A program made the translations under genes and the position numbers. DNA of 64,000 nt from Escherichia phage HK6: the sequence record PP724615.1; one strand, 5' to 3'. This document shows, one piece after another, positions 7,363-16,231 of the stretch. The notes under the pieces are model-generated. The model did no database searches and was not told the DNA's origin. It was given only the letters and a program-made list of their open reading frames with translations. Position 1 is the stretch's first letter; every line of letters begins with the position of its first letter.

Positions 7363-9693
7363 TTAAATAGTACAACCACCGGATGCACAACCGGCTGCTT
7401 CTTCTCCAGCACCTCCACCATTTGCGGTATTGAAGTTAGCATAATACCAAGTTTTCCACCCATACTTAACAGCAGTCATGAAATCACGAACCACTACTGG
7501 GCCAGGAATGATTTCATTCTCAAACTTGGTGTAGTCATAGTACATATTCGTACTGATAGACTGACTGAAGAATTTCTGCATAGTTGCTACCCACTTGATC
7601 CACTCGATACGATCTACATCATAAGCCAGTTTATAGCTCATTAACGTTTCCCAATCGGTTGCACCCGGAGCAATTGCAATTACTTTATTCACTGCACTAC
7701 CCTTGATAGATACAATCTTACGAGGCGGTTCAATAGAGTTAGTAACACCTAACAGAACAGAAGAACTTTCTCCCGGCATCTGAGCAGTCAGAACAGAGTT
7801 ACGCATACCATATTTCAGAATATCTGCACGCAGAGACTCCCAGTCCATTTCTAGACCTACGGATACCAGTTCATCAACAGTTTTCTTGTACGTGTCGATT
7901 ACCAGAATTCCTTTAGATGGTTTAGTACGATCAAACCACTCACATGCACCCTGTTCTTTAGCTAGTCGTACAGAGGCTTTATGCAGGAAGTAAGACAGTT
8001 TTTCAGCCTCACGGTGAATCCAGTTACGGGCTTCAATACCTTCATAAGCCAGACCTTCTGCTGCCATTGCACCTGCTGCGTTCATTAGTCCAATACCAAC
8101 ATTACGACGTTTCTTAGCCGTATATTCCATAGTTGGGAACGGATAATCCTGAATTTCAATAATTGTATCAACGAATTTCAGAAGGATGTAGCAAGTTTTT
8201 TCCCACTCAGCTAGTGATTCCATACGTCCAAGTACAACACCACCTAAGTTACACAAAGATACTTCACCAATATCCTCCGGTTTCATTTGATCAAGCTGCT
8301 CTTTTGTCTTATACAGCTCTGTGATATGATGGAACGGGCGTGTAGGCTGAGTAATTTCAACACAAAGGTTTGTCATACGGATCGGATCAAGGAAATTACC
8401 GTGACGATTAGATTCCCCGATGTGATGAGCATACATACGTCCTGTTTCCATTCGGATACGTAGCCAAGTATCTAGGATTTCTTTTGCAGAGACTTTAGGA
8501 GCTGCAGGAACTGTTTTTCCTTCGTGGTCGATCTTTGTAAGAGATGCCACACGTTTCTCCGCTGCCACGTAGATTTCTTCAAATTTAGCCTCGTCATCAC
8601 TATAAAACGCTTCATGAACTTCTGGAGCATAGAAGTATGACATTAGCGTAATATCTTCGTTTTTAAGATAACGTTTTAACAAAAGATTGTTAAAGCTCAG
8701 AGAATAATCCATCTTATCGATTTTATTCTCATCTGTAGCACGTTGTTGCTTAACCTGCATCAATTGAATGATTTCAGGGTCGAAGTATGGATAAGACACT
8801 GTAGCAGAACCACCACGAGTTTGCTGAGTATTGGCCTTTACTGAGCGGTCAATGTGTCGATAATATGGCAGTTTTCCGGAATGCGGGAATGCCCCATTTC
8901 GCACCGGATCAGCAATTGATCGGCTTTCAAGATGATACCCGATTCCCGCTCTGGCTGCGACCATTTTGAAGACGATGTGCTCGGCGGTGTCGATTGAATC
9001 CAACGTGTCAGTGGAATCCACGAGGCAGCAACTAGCAAATCCACGGTCACTAGAGCGCAGACCAACCAGTGGCGGCGTAGGAACGTTGATTTTGTGGAGT
9101 GACATTGCGTTGTAGAGATCGATTGCATCTAGAATTGTCCAGTTAGGTTGAGATAGCATCGCCATTGCCATACCCATGTAGGCAAACTGCGGAGTTTCGT
9201 AAATTTCACCAGTGGCTATGTTACGACGGGAATACTTATCAAAGAACTGCTTCAGTCCACCACTAGTAAAAAGACGGTCACGATCATGGTCGATAACCTG
9301 ATTCAGAGCTTCAAATTGCTCATCGGTAATCCATGCACTCATGTCTTCCCATGCACCTACGCTAACCATATGGTCATGGAAGAAGCGTAGAGAAGGTGGT
9401 TCGAAAGAATCATAAAGGCGTTTACGCATTTGCGCAAGACGTAATTCCTTTGCTGGCACATCATATGCTGGATTATCTTTAATAAGACTTTCAGCAGCTT
9501 TAATTAATGCATCCATCAGAGTGTCGGAATCTACAACCCCTTTAGGCAGAGTTTTTTGAGCAGCCATAGTAATGGCTGACCAACTTACATCAACTGTTTT
9601 GCAACCATACTCTGCCCAACCATTGATTTTTTCAGGAGCAAAGTCTTCTACAGTACCGTCACGTTTAATTACTTTTTCAATGCGATGGCTCAT
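7363..9693 (-). CDS. nrdA: ribonucleotide reductase class Ia alpha subunit
   Basis: ATP-cone start 'MSHRIEKVIKRDGTVE', large catalytic domain and C-terminal Cys pair 'CASGGC'. The start was moved to the ATG at 9693, which has an AAGGAAAG RBS. The ORF-track start at 9798 is an upstream in-frame ATG without an RBS. Confidence 0.9.
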   Translation of the reverse strand: MSHRIEKVIKRDGTVEDFAPEKINGWAEYGCKTVDVSWSAITMAAQKTLPKGVVDSDTLMDALIKAAESLIKDNPAYDVPAKELRLAQMRKRLYDSFEPPSLRFFHDHMVSVGAWEDMSAWITDEQFEALNQVIDHDRDRLFTSGGLKQFFDKYSRRNIATGEIYETPQFAYMGMAMAMLSQPNWTILDAIDLYNAMSLHKINVPTPPLVGLRSSDRGFASCCLVDSTDTLDSIDTAEHIVFKMVAARAGIGYHLESRSIADPVRNGAFPHSGKLPYYRHIDRSVKANTQQTRGGSATVSYPYFDPEIIQLMQVKQQRATDENKIDKMDYSLSFNNLLLKRYLKNEDITLMSYFYAPEVHEAFYSDDEAKFEEIYVAAEKRVASLTKIDHEGKTVPAAPKVSAKEILDTWLRIRMETGRMYAHHIGESNRHGNFLDPIRMTNLCVEITQPTRPFHHITELYKTKEQLDQMKPEDIGEVSLCNLGGVVLGRMESLAEWEKTCYILLKFVDTIIEIQDYPFPTMEYTAKKRRNVGIGLMNAAGAMAAEGLAYEGIEARNWIHREAEKLSYFLHKASVRLAKEQGACEWFDRTKPSKGILVIDTYKKTVDELVSVGLEMDWESLRADILKYGMRNSVLTAQMPGESSSVLLGVTNSIEPPRKIVSIKGSAVNKVIAIAPGATDWETLMSYKLAYDVDRIEWIKWVATMQKFFSQSISTNMYYDYTKFENEIIPGPVVVRDFMTAVKYGWKTWYYANFNTANGGGAGEEAAGCASGGCTI

Positions 9694-9835
9694 TTGGCTT
9701 TCCTTTTTATAGTTATCAGGATTTAAGGAATATTCTACTTTATTATCGGTCATTAGGCAAATAAAATTTTCTGATAGAAAAGGCCCGAGTATTTTCATAC
9801 CCAGGCCCTGTATATTACCAGTCTAGCTTTTTAGC

Positions 9836-10057
9836 TTATTCAATTACTTTAGCTCTAGCTACTTCTTTTAATAGAATATCTATGGAGGTGCTCAGCTCGT
9901 TATAATTGAATGGTTTATTTGGATTTGAGGTTACAATTTTCCACGCTAGGGTTGTCTTAGGACTTTCTTCCCCTTCCTTACGTGTAATCATATTAGCAGC
10001 ACTCAGTGAAGTACGATGTATTTTAGTTTTACGGCTCAGATGAACGACGTTTCCCAT
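9836..10057 (-). CDS. hypothetical protein (73 aa)
   Basis: Start chosen at 'MGNVVHL' with a GGGGAAGG RBS immediately after the phoH stop. The longer track ORF (to 10126) overlaps phoH. Confidence 0.4.
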   Translation of the reverse strand: MGNVVHLSRKTKIHRTSLSAANMITRKEGEESPKTTLAWKIVTSNPNKPFNYNELSTSIDILLKEVARAKVIE

Positions 10058-10058
10058 A

Positions 10059-10820
10059 TTACACCTTCCCCATGTCTTTAAAAATATCATAGAATGCTTT
10101 AGACTCAACAGAACGAACGTTATCAATCAATTCGATCATTGAGAATGGGGCATTTTCGTATTTCTCATAGACTTCCATAAGGAGTGCTAGACCTGAGTCA
10201 CCTTTAATGTCTTTCTGAGCTATATCTCCGCAGATAATTAAACGGCAGTCTTGTCCTACACGAGTTAGGAGACAAATCATTGCCTCAACGGAAATATTCT
10301 GAGCTTCATCGACAATTACATAGGAGTTGTTGAAAGTTCTGCCACGAGCATGTTCGATAGCCAAAAATTTAATTTTCTGACGTTCGACATATCCTTTATA
10401 TGCATGATCGCCGATGGCCCATTTCATACCATCAGCTATTGGCTCCAACCAAGGTTCTAGCTTTTCCGCTAGATCACCAGGAAGCATACCAAGAGACTTG
10501 CCTAGAGGTTCATTAGGACGTACGAGAATCACTTGCTCAATATCTGAGTGAATGTCTACGAGTTCCTGAGCTGCAAGAACGGACGGAATAAAGGTTTTAC
10601 CAGTACCCGGCTCACCGATACCCACAGTCACTGTGTTGTTCTTGATCATATTGATATATGATTTTTGCTCGCGGTTTTTACCTACTAGGGATTTAGCAAC
10701 TGGATTAGCGTAATCATTAGAAAAATCAGCCTGAATTACGTTGTTCTCATATTTGTTGCCACGCTTTCTTGAACCATTGCGGTTCTCTCTTTTTTGACGT
10801 GCTTTTCCCATAAATAACAC
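10059..10820 (-). CDS. phoH: PhoH-like ATPase
   Basis: Walker A 'GEPGTGKTF', Walker B 'VIVDEAQN' and PhoH core. 253 aa. First gene of the minus-strand operon. Confidence 0.85.
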   Translation of the reverse strand: MLFMGKARQKRENRNGSRKRGNKYENNVIQADFSNDYANPVAKSLVGKNREQKSYINMIKNNTVTVGIGEPGTGKTFIPSVLAAQELVDIHSDIEQVILVRPNEPLGKSLGMLPGDLAEKLEPWLEPIADGMKWAIGDHAYKGYVERQKIKFLAIEHARGRTFNNSYVIVDEAQNISVEAMICLLTRVGQDCRLIICGDIAQKDIKGDSGLALLMEVYEKYENAPFSMIELIDNVRSVESKAFYDIFKDMGKV

Positions 10821-10884
10821 TCCTATAGTGTACTTCGCTAACAGAGGATCAACAAAAAGATCTTGTTTATCAACTTACAAATAT

Positions 10885-10913
10885 ATTATACCAATATATA
10901 CAGTAAAAAGCAA
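10885..10913 (-). promoter_or_regulatory. early promoter TTGCTT-N17-TATAAT driving phoH operon
   Basis: On the minus strand: TTGCTT (10913-10908), 17-nt spacer, TATAAT (10890-10885). Confidence 0.6.
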
Positions 10914-11105
10914 CTACAATTTTAAATAAGCCTATGATATTGCATTTAAATAAAAAATTTGCTTGCTTTTAACGTGAGATGTGTGATACTAGATAATCAT
11001 TTTATATCGCGTGCACGAGTGCGTGATTATACAATTTTTAATAGAGATTGGCAAATAAAATTTTTTGACTCAGATCATGTTACAGAACTTTATAGTAAAA
11101 TATTG

Positions 11106-11134
11106 TTGACATCCGCCCTCGAATGAGTTATAAT
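11106..11134 (+). promoter_or_regulatory. consensus sigma70 promoter TTGACA-N17-TATAAT upstream of nrdD
   Basis: Exact consensus hexamers with 17-nt spacing, 30 nt before the nrdD RBS GAAGGAG. Confidence 0.7.
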
Positions 11135-11163
11135 AGTAGTCTTAGTTAGAGAAGGAGAGTATA

Positions 11164-13038
11164 ATGAATCGCAATGAAGAACTAAAGTATAAAGAAATGC
11201 AGGCGTTAATTAGAAACTGCAAAGAGATTATCGAAGGGTCAGCAGATGAAGAGCTGCTGTTTAATAATGCTAATAAACCCTCAGAACGTTTCCCTACACA
11301 AAGGGATATGCTTGCAGGTGAGTTGAGTAAGTATCTGATTCTAGAAGAAATGCCAATTCAGATTCGAAATGCTCATATGATTGGGGATATTCATTTCCAT
11401 GATGCTGATTATGCTGCATTAGGCATGACTAATTGTTGTCTGGTAGCTCTGGAAGATATGTTAAAGAATGGTATGAAGGTTGGTAATGCTGAAATTAGCA
11501 CTCCAAACTCTATTACCACTGCGGCGGCTATTACTGCTCAAATTATCACTCAGGTTAGCTCCCATCAGTATGGTGGTACTTCTGTAGATCGCCTTGATGA
11601 AGTATTAGCCCCTTATGTTCGTAAATCCTATGACAAAAATCATGCGTTTGCAAAACGTTGGACTAAGGATGAAGCCAAAGCATCCGTAATGGCTACGGAG
11701 ATGACTGAAAAAGAAGTCTATGACGCTTGTCAGGGTTTAGAATATGAAATCAATACCATGTTCAACTCTAATGGTCAGAGTCCATTTATTACCTTTGGTT
11801 TTGGTCTAGGAACTTCTTGGGAAGCACGTCTAGTACAGAAAGCAATACTGAAAGTACGCATGGATGGTTTAGGTATCAATAAACGTACAGCTATCTTCCC
11901 AAAACTGGTATTTGTACTTCGTGATGGTGTTAACATGAAACCAGGAGATGTTAATTATGACATCAAGAAGTTAGCTATGAAATGTACTGCTGAACGTATG
12001 TATCCAGATTATATCAGCTATGACAAGGTTGTAGAAGTTACTGGAGACTACAAAGTTTCTATGGGCTGCCGTTCATTCCTAGCTGCTACAGAAGATGGTG
12101 AAACTGCCGGTCGTAATAACTTAGGTGTTGTTTCTGTAAACTTGCCTAGAATTGCTATCGAAGCTGAAGGAAATATTGACCTATTCTTTGATTTGCTTGA
12201 GCTACGTGTGGATACAGCGTTAAAAGCATTGGAGTGGAGAGTTGATCGCTTAAAATACATTCAAGCTAAAGCTGCACCTATCCTCTATATGTCCGGAGCC
12301 TTTGGGTTACGCTTGGGGCCTGATGAGTATGTGTTCGATCATTTCTATAACCGTGCTTCTGTATCTCTAGGGTATATTGGTTGCCATGAAATGCTACAGT
12401 TCATGTTTGGCAAAGATGTAGACACAATGTCCGAGACCTGCATCAAGTTTGTTCAGCGTGTATTGCAGTACATGCGGGATAGAGTCGATCAGAAGAAGGA
12501 AGAGACTAAGTTAGGTTATAGCTTGTATGCTACACCGTCAGAGTCCCTATGCGATAGGTTTTGCCGTTTAGATCGTGAATATTTCCCAGAGCATGAAGAT
12601 ATTCTGTCTAAAGGATACTACACTAACTCGCACCACCTTGATGTAGAACGTAAAGTTGCTCCCAATGTGAAATTTGATTATGAATCTAACTTTACTCCTA
12701 TTGCTTCTGGTGGGTGCATTTCCTATGTAGAACTACCAGATATGAAACGATTCCCAGATGCACTGGAATGGGTTATTAATTATGCTGCTAGTAAAGTTCA
12801 TTACTTCGGTATTAATACTCCAGTGGATTCTTGTGGTAAATGTGGATTCTTAGGTGAAACAGTAGCATCCGAAGATGGGTTTAAGTGCCCTATCTGTGGT
12901 AATCATGACCCCGAAACTCTTGAAGTAACTCGTCGAGTTTGTGGGTATCTTGGAAATCCAGGTGCTCGTCCATTTAACCCCGGCAAACAGCACGAGGTAA
13001 TGGGCAGAGTGAAGCATCAAGATATTCGAGCTAAGTAA
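11164..13038 (+). CDS. nrdD: anaerobic ribonucleoside-triphosphate reductase (class III)
   Basis: C-terminal glycyl-radical motif 'RVCGYLG' and Zn ribbon 'CGKCG...CPICG'. 624 aa. Confidence 0.9.
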   Translation: MNRNEELKYKEMQALIRNCKEIIEGSADEELLFNNANKPSERFPTQRDMLAGELSKYLILEEMPIQIRNAHMIGDIHFHDADYAALGMTNCCLVALEDMLKNGMKVGNAEISTPNSITTAAAITAQIITQVSSHQYGGTSVDRLDEVLAPYVRKSYDKNHAFAKRWTKDEAKASVMATEMTEKEVYDACQGLEYEINTMFNSNGQSPFITFGFGLGTSWEARLVQKAILKVRMDGLGINKRTAIFPKLVFVLRDGVNMKPGDVNYDIKKLAMKCTAERMYPDYISYDKVVEVTGDYKVSMGCRSFLAATEDGETAGRNNLGVVSVNLPRIAIEAEGNIDLFFDLLELRVDTALKALEWRVDRLKYIQAKAAPILYMSGAFGLRLGPDEYVFDHFYNRASVSLGYIGCHEMLQFMFGKDVDTMSETCIKFVQRVLQYMRDRVDQKKEETKLGYSLYATPSESLCDRFCRLDREYFPEHEDILSKGYYTNSHHLDVERKVAPNVKFDYESNFTPIASGGCISYVELPDMKRFPDALEWVINYAASKVHYFGINTPVDSCGKCGFLGETVASEDGFKCPICGNHDPETLEVTRRVCGYLGNPGARPFNPGKQHEVMGRVKHQDIRAK

Positions 13039-13080
13039 GCTAATCAGCCGGGTTGCTAGTCGACCTGGCTTTTATTTTAT

Positions 13081-13109
13081 TTGCTTTCATCCAAAAATTT
13101 ATATATAAT
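13081..13109 (+). promoter_or_regulatory. T5-type early promoter TTGCTT-N17-TATAAT
   Basis: Followed by the conserved 'ATAAATTTGAGAGGAG' leader box and the ATG at 13138. Confidence 0.65.
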
Positions 13110-13137
13110 AGATTTATAAATTTGAGAGGAGAAAGAT

Positions 13138-13518
13138 ATGGAATTAAAGCCCTATATAGTTGAATCTACATGTGGTAGTTTCCATCTGGGTGTGGATGAT
13201 ATTGCTGAGGCTGTCTTTGCTGCTACAGGTGATTACTCGCATATAGAGGGTGTTGCATACCCTACCATTATTGGCGATTGGGTGGAAACAAATCTAGATG
13301 TATCGCCTTATAACCCATATTGCTTGTTTGATGAAGACAGAGATGAAGTAAAATGTAATCTTGAATTTGTGTATAATAGAGTGTTAAAAGTATACCAACG
13401 TAGCCCCAATGGGTACGAAGATATTACTTGGAGTATTAAACAGTATCTTAAAGATATATACTCTAGTTTTTCTGACGAAGACCTAGAAATAGTTGCAGTG
13501 GAGTTTAATAATGACTAA
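13138..13518 (+). CDS. hypothetical acidic protein (126 aa)
   Basis: GAGAGGAGAAAGAT-ATG RBS. No radical-SAM CxxxCxxC motif, so not NrdG. Confidence 0.5.
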   Translation: MELKPYIVESTCGSFHLGVDDIAEAVFAATGDYSHIEGVAYPTIIGDWVETNLDVSPYNPYCLFDEDRDEVKCNLEFVYNRVLKVYQRSPNGYEDITWSIKQYLKDIYSSFSDEDLEIVAVEFNND

Positions 13519-13717
13519 GAATGTGAAACACCTTAAATATCGCTTAATTTACAACGGACGTATGGAAACAGAAGATCTGGCCCAGTTAGCTATTAATTCT
13601 AAGGAGGTTACAGTGCGTGCGCTGGCAATTGAAAAGTTGCGTGCCTCTTATGAAAATCGTGTTATGGAATTAGAGGAGAAACTTTATGGCATTCTCGAAG
13701 CCGATGCTACCAGATAA
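13511..13717 (+). CDS. hypothetical protein (~69 aa)
   Basis: ATGA overlap with the preceding gene ('MTKNVKHLK'). Confidence 0.35.
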   Translation: MTKNVKHLKYRLIYNGRMETEDLAQLAINSKEVTVRALAIEKLRASYENRVMELEEKLYGILEADATR

Positions 13718-13907
13718 GGGTTTAAACGCCGCTTTGGAAAACGCATTAATGCAGCACTGGGAAACTGGCTATAAGGATGGTGTTGAATCCTGCGCTACTA
13801 TGCTAGAAGTTATTGCTAATACCTTAATGGAGAAAGGCAATAAAGAATTAGCTGAGCTATTAGATAGTATTGGGCAAAACTTCAGAGAACAGGTGAAAAA
13901 TGCGTAG
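13686..13907 (+). CDS. hypothetical protein (73 aa)
   Basis: ORF overlapping its neighbours by a few codons, typical of phage operon packing. Confidence 0.35.
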   Translation: MAFSKPMLPDKGLNAALENALMQHWETGYKDGVESCATMLEVIANTLMEKGNKELAELLDSIGQNFREQVKNA

Positions 13908-14736
13908 ATTAATTATTATTAGTGGTGCAGGTTTGAGTGTTGAAAGTGGTGTACGAGCTTTTCGTACTAATACTGCTAGCGGTAAAGCATTGTGGGATGA
14001 TTATGATCTAGAAGAAGTATGTAATATTCATGCCTTTCGTGGTAATTTTTATCATAAAACCCATATGTTTTACAACAAGCGTCGTGAAGAGCTAAAAACT
14101 GTTGAACCCAATCTTGCGCATTTGCGTATTGGTGAATGGTATAAACAATATCCAGGTCAAGTAGTAAACTTGACTACCAACGTTGATGACCTTATTGAGC
14201 GTGCTGGCGTTTCACATAGTGACATTCTGCACATTCACGGATATTTAAAAGAGGTTGTTGTAGCTGATAGCTACAATAGTAGCAATAAACGGATTATTGA
14301 TGTAGGATACAGTTCTATCGATCCGGATGATTATAAATGGGTTAAACCTAATGTAATCTTCTTTGGAGAGCATGCTCCAGCATATGCAGAAATGTACAAT
14401 GTTTTTGATGGTATTACCAGTCAAGATATGATTGTTGTGGTTGGTTGTTCTAACCAAGTAATTAACTTCTACTGGGAATTATTTCCTGTTCTTAATTTGA
14501 CTGCTGCGAAACTTATGGTTGTTAACTACCATGATAGTGCCCTCGCAGCGGAACCGGGCTATCAAGGTATGACTCGTAGTGAGATGTACCAGCTGGAGGA
14601 ACGCGGTATCCCTTACTGGAGTAAAGGTGCGGTAGATGCTTTCAGTGACCCTGATTTTATTGCTCGTGTAGAAGCTCATTTAGAGGGTAGACCTTATGTG
14701 TTGAGAAGCAAGGGAAACAGATATGTCCATAGTTAA
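13900..14736 (+). CDS. SIR2-family NAD-binding protein (sirtuin-like)
   Basis: N-terminal 'IISGAGLSVESGVRAFR' matches the sirtuin GAGIS-ESGIP-FR motif, and 'ILHIHGYL' matches the catalytic HG motif. No Zn-ribbon cysteines. 278 aa. Confidence 0.6.
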   Translation: MRRLIIISGAGLSVESGVRAFRTNTASGKALWDDYDLEEVCNIHAFRGNFYHKTHMFYNKRREELKTVEPNLAHLRIGEWYKQYPGQVVNLTTNVDDLIERAGVSHSDILHIHGYLKEVVVADSYNSSNKRIIDVGYSSIDPDDYKWVKPNVIFFGEHAPAYAEMYNVFDGITSQDMIVVVGCSNQVINFYWELFPVLNLTAAKLMVVNYHDSALAAEPGYQGMTRSEMYQLEERGIPYWSKGAVDAFSDPDFIARVEAHLEGRPYVLRSKGNRYVHS

Positions 14737-14905
14737 ATCTGTATATACACATCCCGATGACATATTTGTATGGGCAGATGGTAGTTGGTGCTATCGATGT
14801 GAGTTATGGGAAATGGACTATAAATCCGATGACTATGGCGTCATATATGTTGATACGGTTGAGTATGATACGTTCTTAGAAAGGAACAAAAATGGAAATA
14901 AGTAA
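14723..14905 (+). CDS. hypothetical protein (60 aa)
   Basis: Short ORF, weak support. Confidence 0.3.
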   Translation: MSIVKSVYTHPDDIFVWADGSWCYRCELWEMDYKSDDYGVIYVDTVEYDTFLERNKNGNK

Positions 14906-15398
14906 TACTCCAATTATTTTTCTAGATATTGATGGGGTGCTCAATTCGAGCATCTCCCACCATCATGCACCTGATAATGAAAAGATTTTCTTTGGAAGTG
15001 ACTGGGTTTTCAAACCGCTTCTCAAGGCTTTTCAGGATTTTATTCGTCCTTCTCCGATAATGATTGTTGGAGTATCCTCATGGTTCTCTGTCAGGAATGA
15101 GATGGAAAACGTTCAGATTATGACCGGATTAGGTCTTATCGATCGTTTTCTTGGTACAACGGATTTTACTGGGGGTGGATTATCTAGGGGTAATTCTGTT
15201 CTTCGCTTCGTTGAAAAGCATAAGCTCAAACATTGGTGTGTGCTTGATGATGCTGGTGCTATGATGTATCAGTATCCAACGGTTATAGTCAACGGTAGGA
15301 CTGGGATAAATCTTCAAGATTTAAAAGCTGTTAGCTATATGCTAGAATTTAGCCCAGATCTTGAAATGTGTAAATCCTTACAACAATTTAAGGTGTAA
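14892..15398 (+). CDS. HAD-superfamily phosphatase, putative
   Basis: 'IIFLDIDGVLNS' matches HAD motif I (DxDGT/V), and 'VLDDAG' is a motif IV-like segment. 168 aa. Confidence 0.5.
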   Translation: MEISNTPIIFLDIDGVLNSSISHHHAPDNEKIFFGSDWVFKPLLKAFQDFIRPSPIMIVGVSSWFSVRNEMENVQIMTGLGLIDRFLGTTDFTGGGLSRGNSVLRFVEKHKLKHWCVLDDAGAMMYQYPTVIVNGRTGINLQDLKAVSYMLEFSPDLEMCKSLQQFKV

Positions 15399-15400
15399 AT

Positions 15401-15829
15401 ATGTTCAATAATGTATTCTCTAAAGAAGCTAACCCAATTTTGGTTAACTTTTGGCGTACTCTCCCAGCTAGCCTGTATAATGAGGCTATTAACTCCTTGA
15501 AAATATGGTGTGAGAATAATGAAATCTCCTTTGCTTTTAAAGATGATATTGATGAGGCCCCCTGTATTGGTTTAATTGTTCAGGTAGAGGAGGGTCTTGA
15601 GGAGATTGTCGGCTGGAAAGAGTTAGATGAAATAGGCTTAGTTTTTGCGTTAAACTATAAGCTGTTTATGCCTGCTAAGCATCGCCTCGTTGTTAACTAT
15701 AAAACTAGTGAATCTCCTGGTTTTCAAGTTAATGAACGTTACGGTTGGTCTTACTTACCGGAAGAAGTAAATGATGGTATCCAAAAACTTCGCCGTTTTG
15801 GTTATCAAATTCCGGGTTTAACTGCTTAA
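15401..15829 (+). CDS. hypothetical protein, paralog A (142 aa)
   Basis: Shares 'PCIG..V....E.EW.EL..GL..ALN' and a C-terminal 'R.G..IPGL' with the next gene. Confidence 0.5.
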   Translation: MFNNVFSKEANPILVNFWRTLPASLYNEAINSLKIWCENNEISFAFKDDIDEAPCIGLIVQVEEGLEEIVGWKELDEIGLVFALNYKLFMPAKHRLVVNYKTSESPGFQVNERYGWSYLPEEVNDGIQKLRRFGYQIPGLTA

Positions 15830-15838
15830 GGAGGAAGA

Positions 15839-16231
15839 ATGGAACAAGTATATTGGCGTCAGATTGACCCTAGTTTGGTGAAGCGTGCGGAAAAGCTGCT
15901 ACAACGTTGGTTAGGGGTAAGGCAAGCCTCCTTCACTTTTCCGGAGCAGCAAACGGATGATCCCTGCATTGGCGTTTTCCTGTCTGGATATGCCGGGGAA
16001 TGGGAGATGGACTGGAATGAATTGTCAGCTATGGGTTTAATTGTTGCCCTAAACTTCTCTATATTCCATCCACGTGGTTTGGCCATATGTCGCGTGCCTG
16101 ATGACGGTTGTTCGCCCCATCTTTTACAGGTGGAAAATGATATTTGGGAGTACACTCCAGATATTCTCGCAGAAGCTAAAGAACAATTAAATCGTGTTGG
16201 GATTTATGTTCCGGGATTAAATGATGAATAA
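15839..16231 (+). CDS. hypothetical protein, paralog B (130 aa)
   Basis: Tandem paralog of 15401..15829, with a GGAGGAAGA-ATG RBS. Confidence 0.5.
   Translation: MEQVYWRQIDPSLVKRAEKLLQRWLGVRQASFTFPEQQTDDPCIGVFLSGYAGEWEMDWNELSAMGLIVALNFSIFHPRGLAICRVPDDGCSPHLLQVENDIWEYTPDILAEAKEQLNRVGIYVPGLNDE

Noticed and set aside
7275-7463. 62-aa minus-strand ORF between nrdA and nrdB
   Set aside because: It spans the nrdA terminator hairpin and the nrdB promoter and overlaps the nrdA 3' end. It is not coding.
8838-9128. 96-aa ORF inside nrdA (and similar embedded ORFs at 6828..7031, 12048..12260, 17232..17414, 35924..36502, 24530..25039, 33020..33319)
   Set aside because: These are alternative-frame or antisense ORFs wholly inside strongly supported genes, with no RBS and atypical composition.
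9694-9798. Upstream 35-codon extension of nrdA in the ORF track
   Set aside because: The ATG at 9693 has a canonical RBS and begins the ATP-cone (MSHRIEKVIKRDG). The extension has no RBS.
13138-13518. Possible NrdG activase downstream of nrdD
   Set aside because: The 126-aa product lacks the CxxxCxxC radical-SAM motif, so it was not called nrdG.
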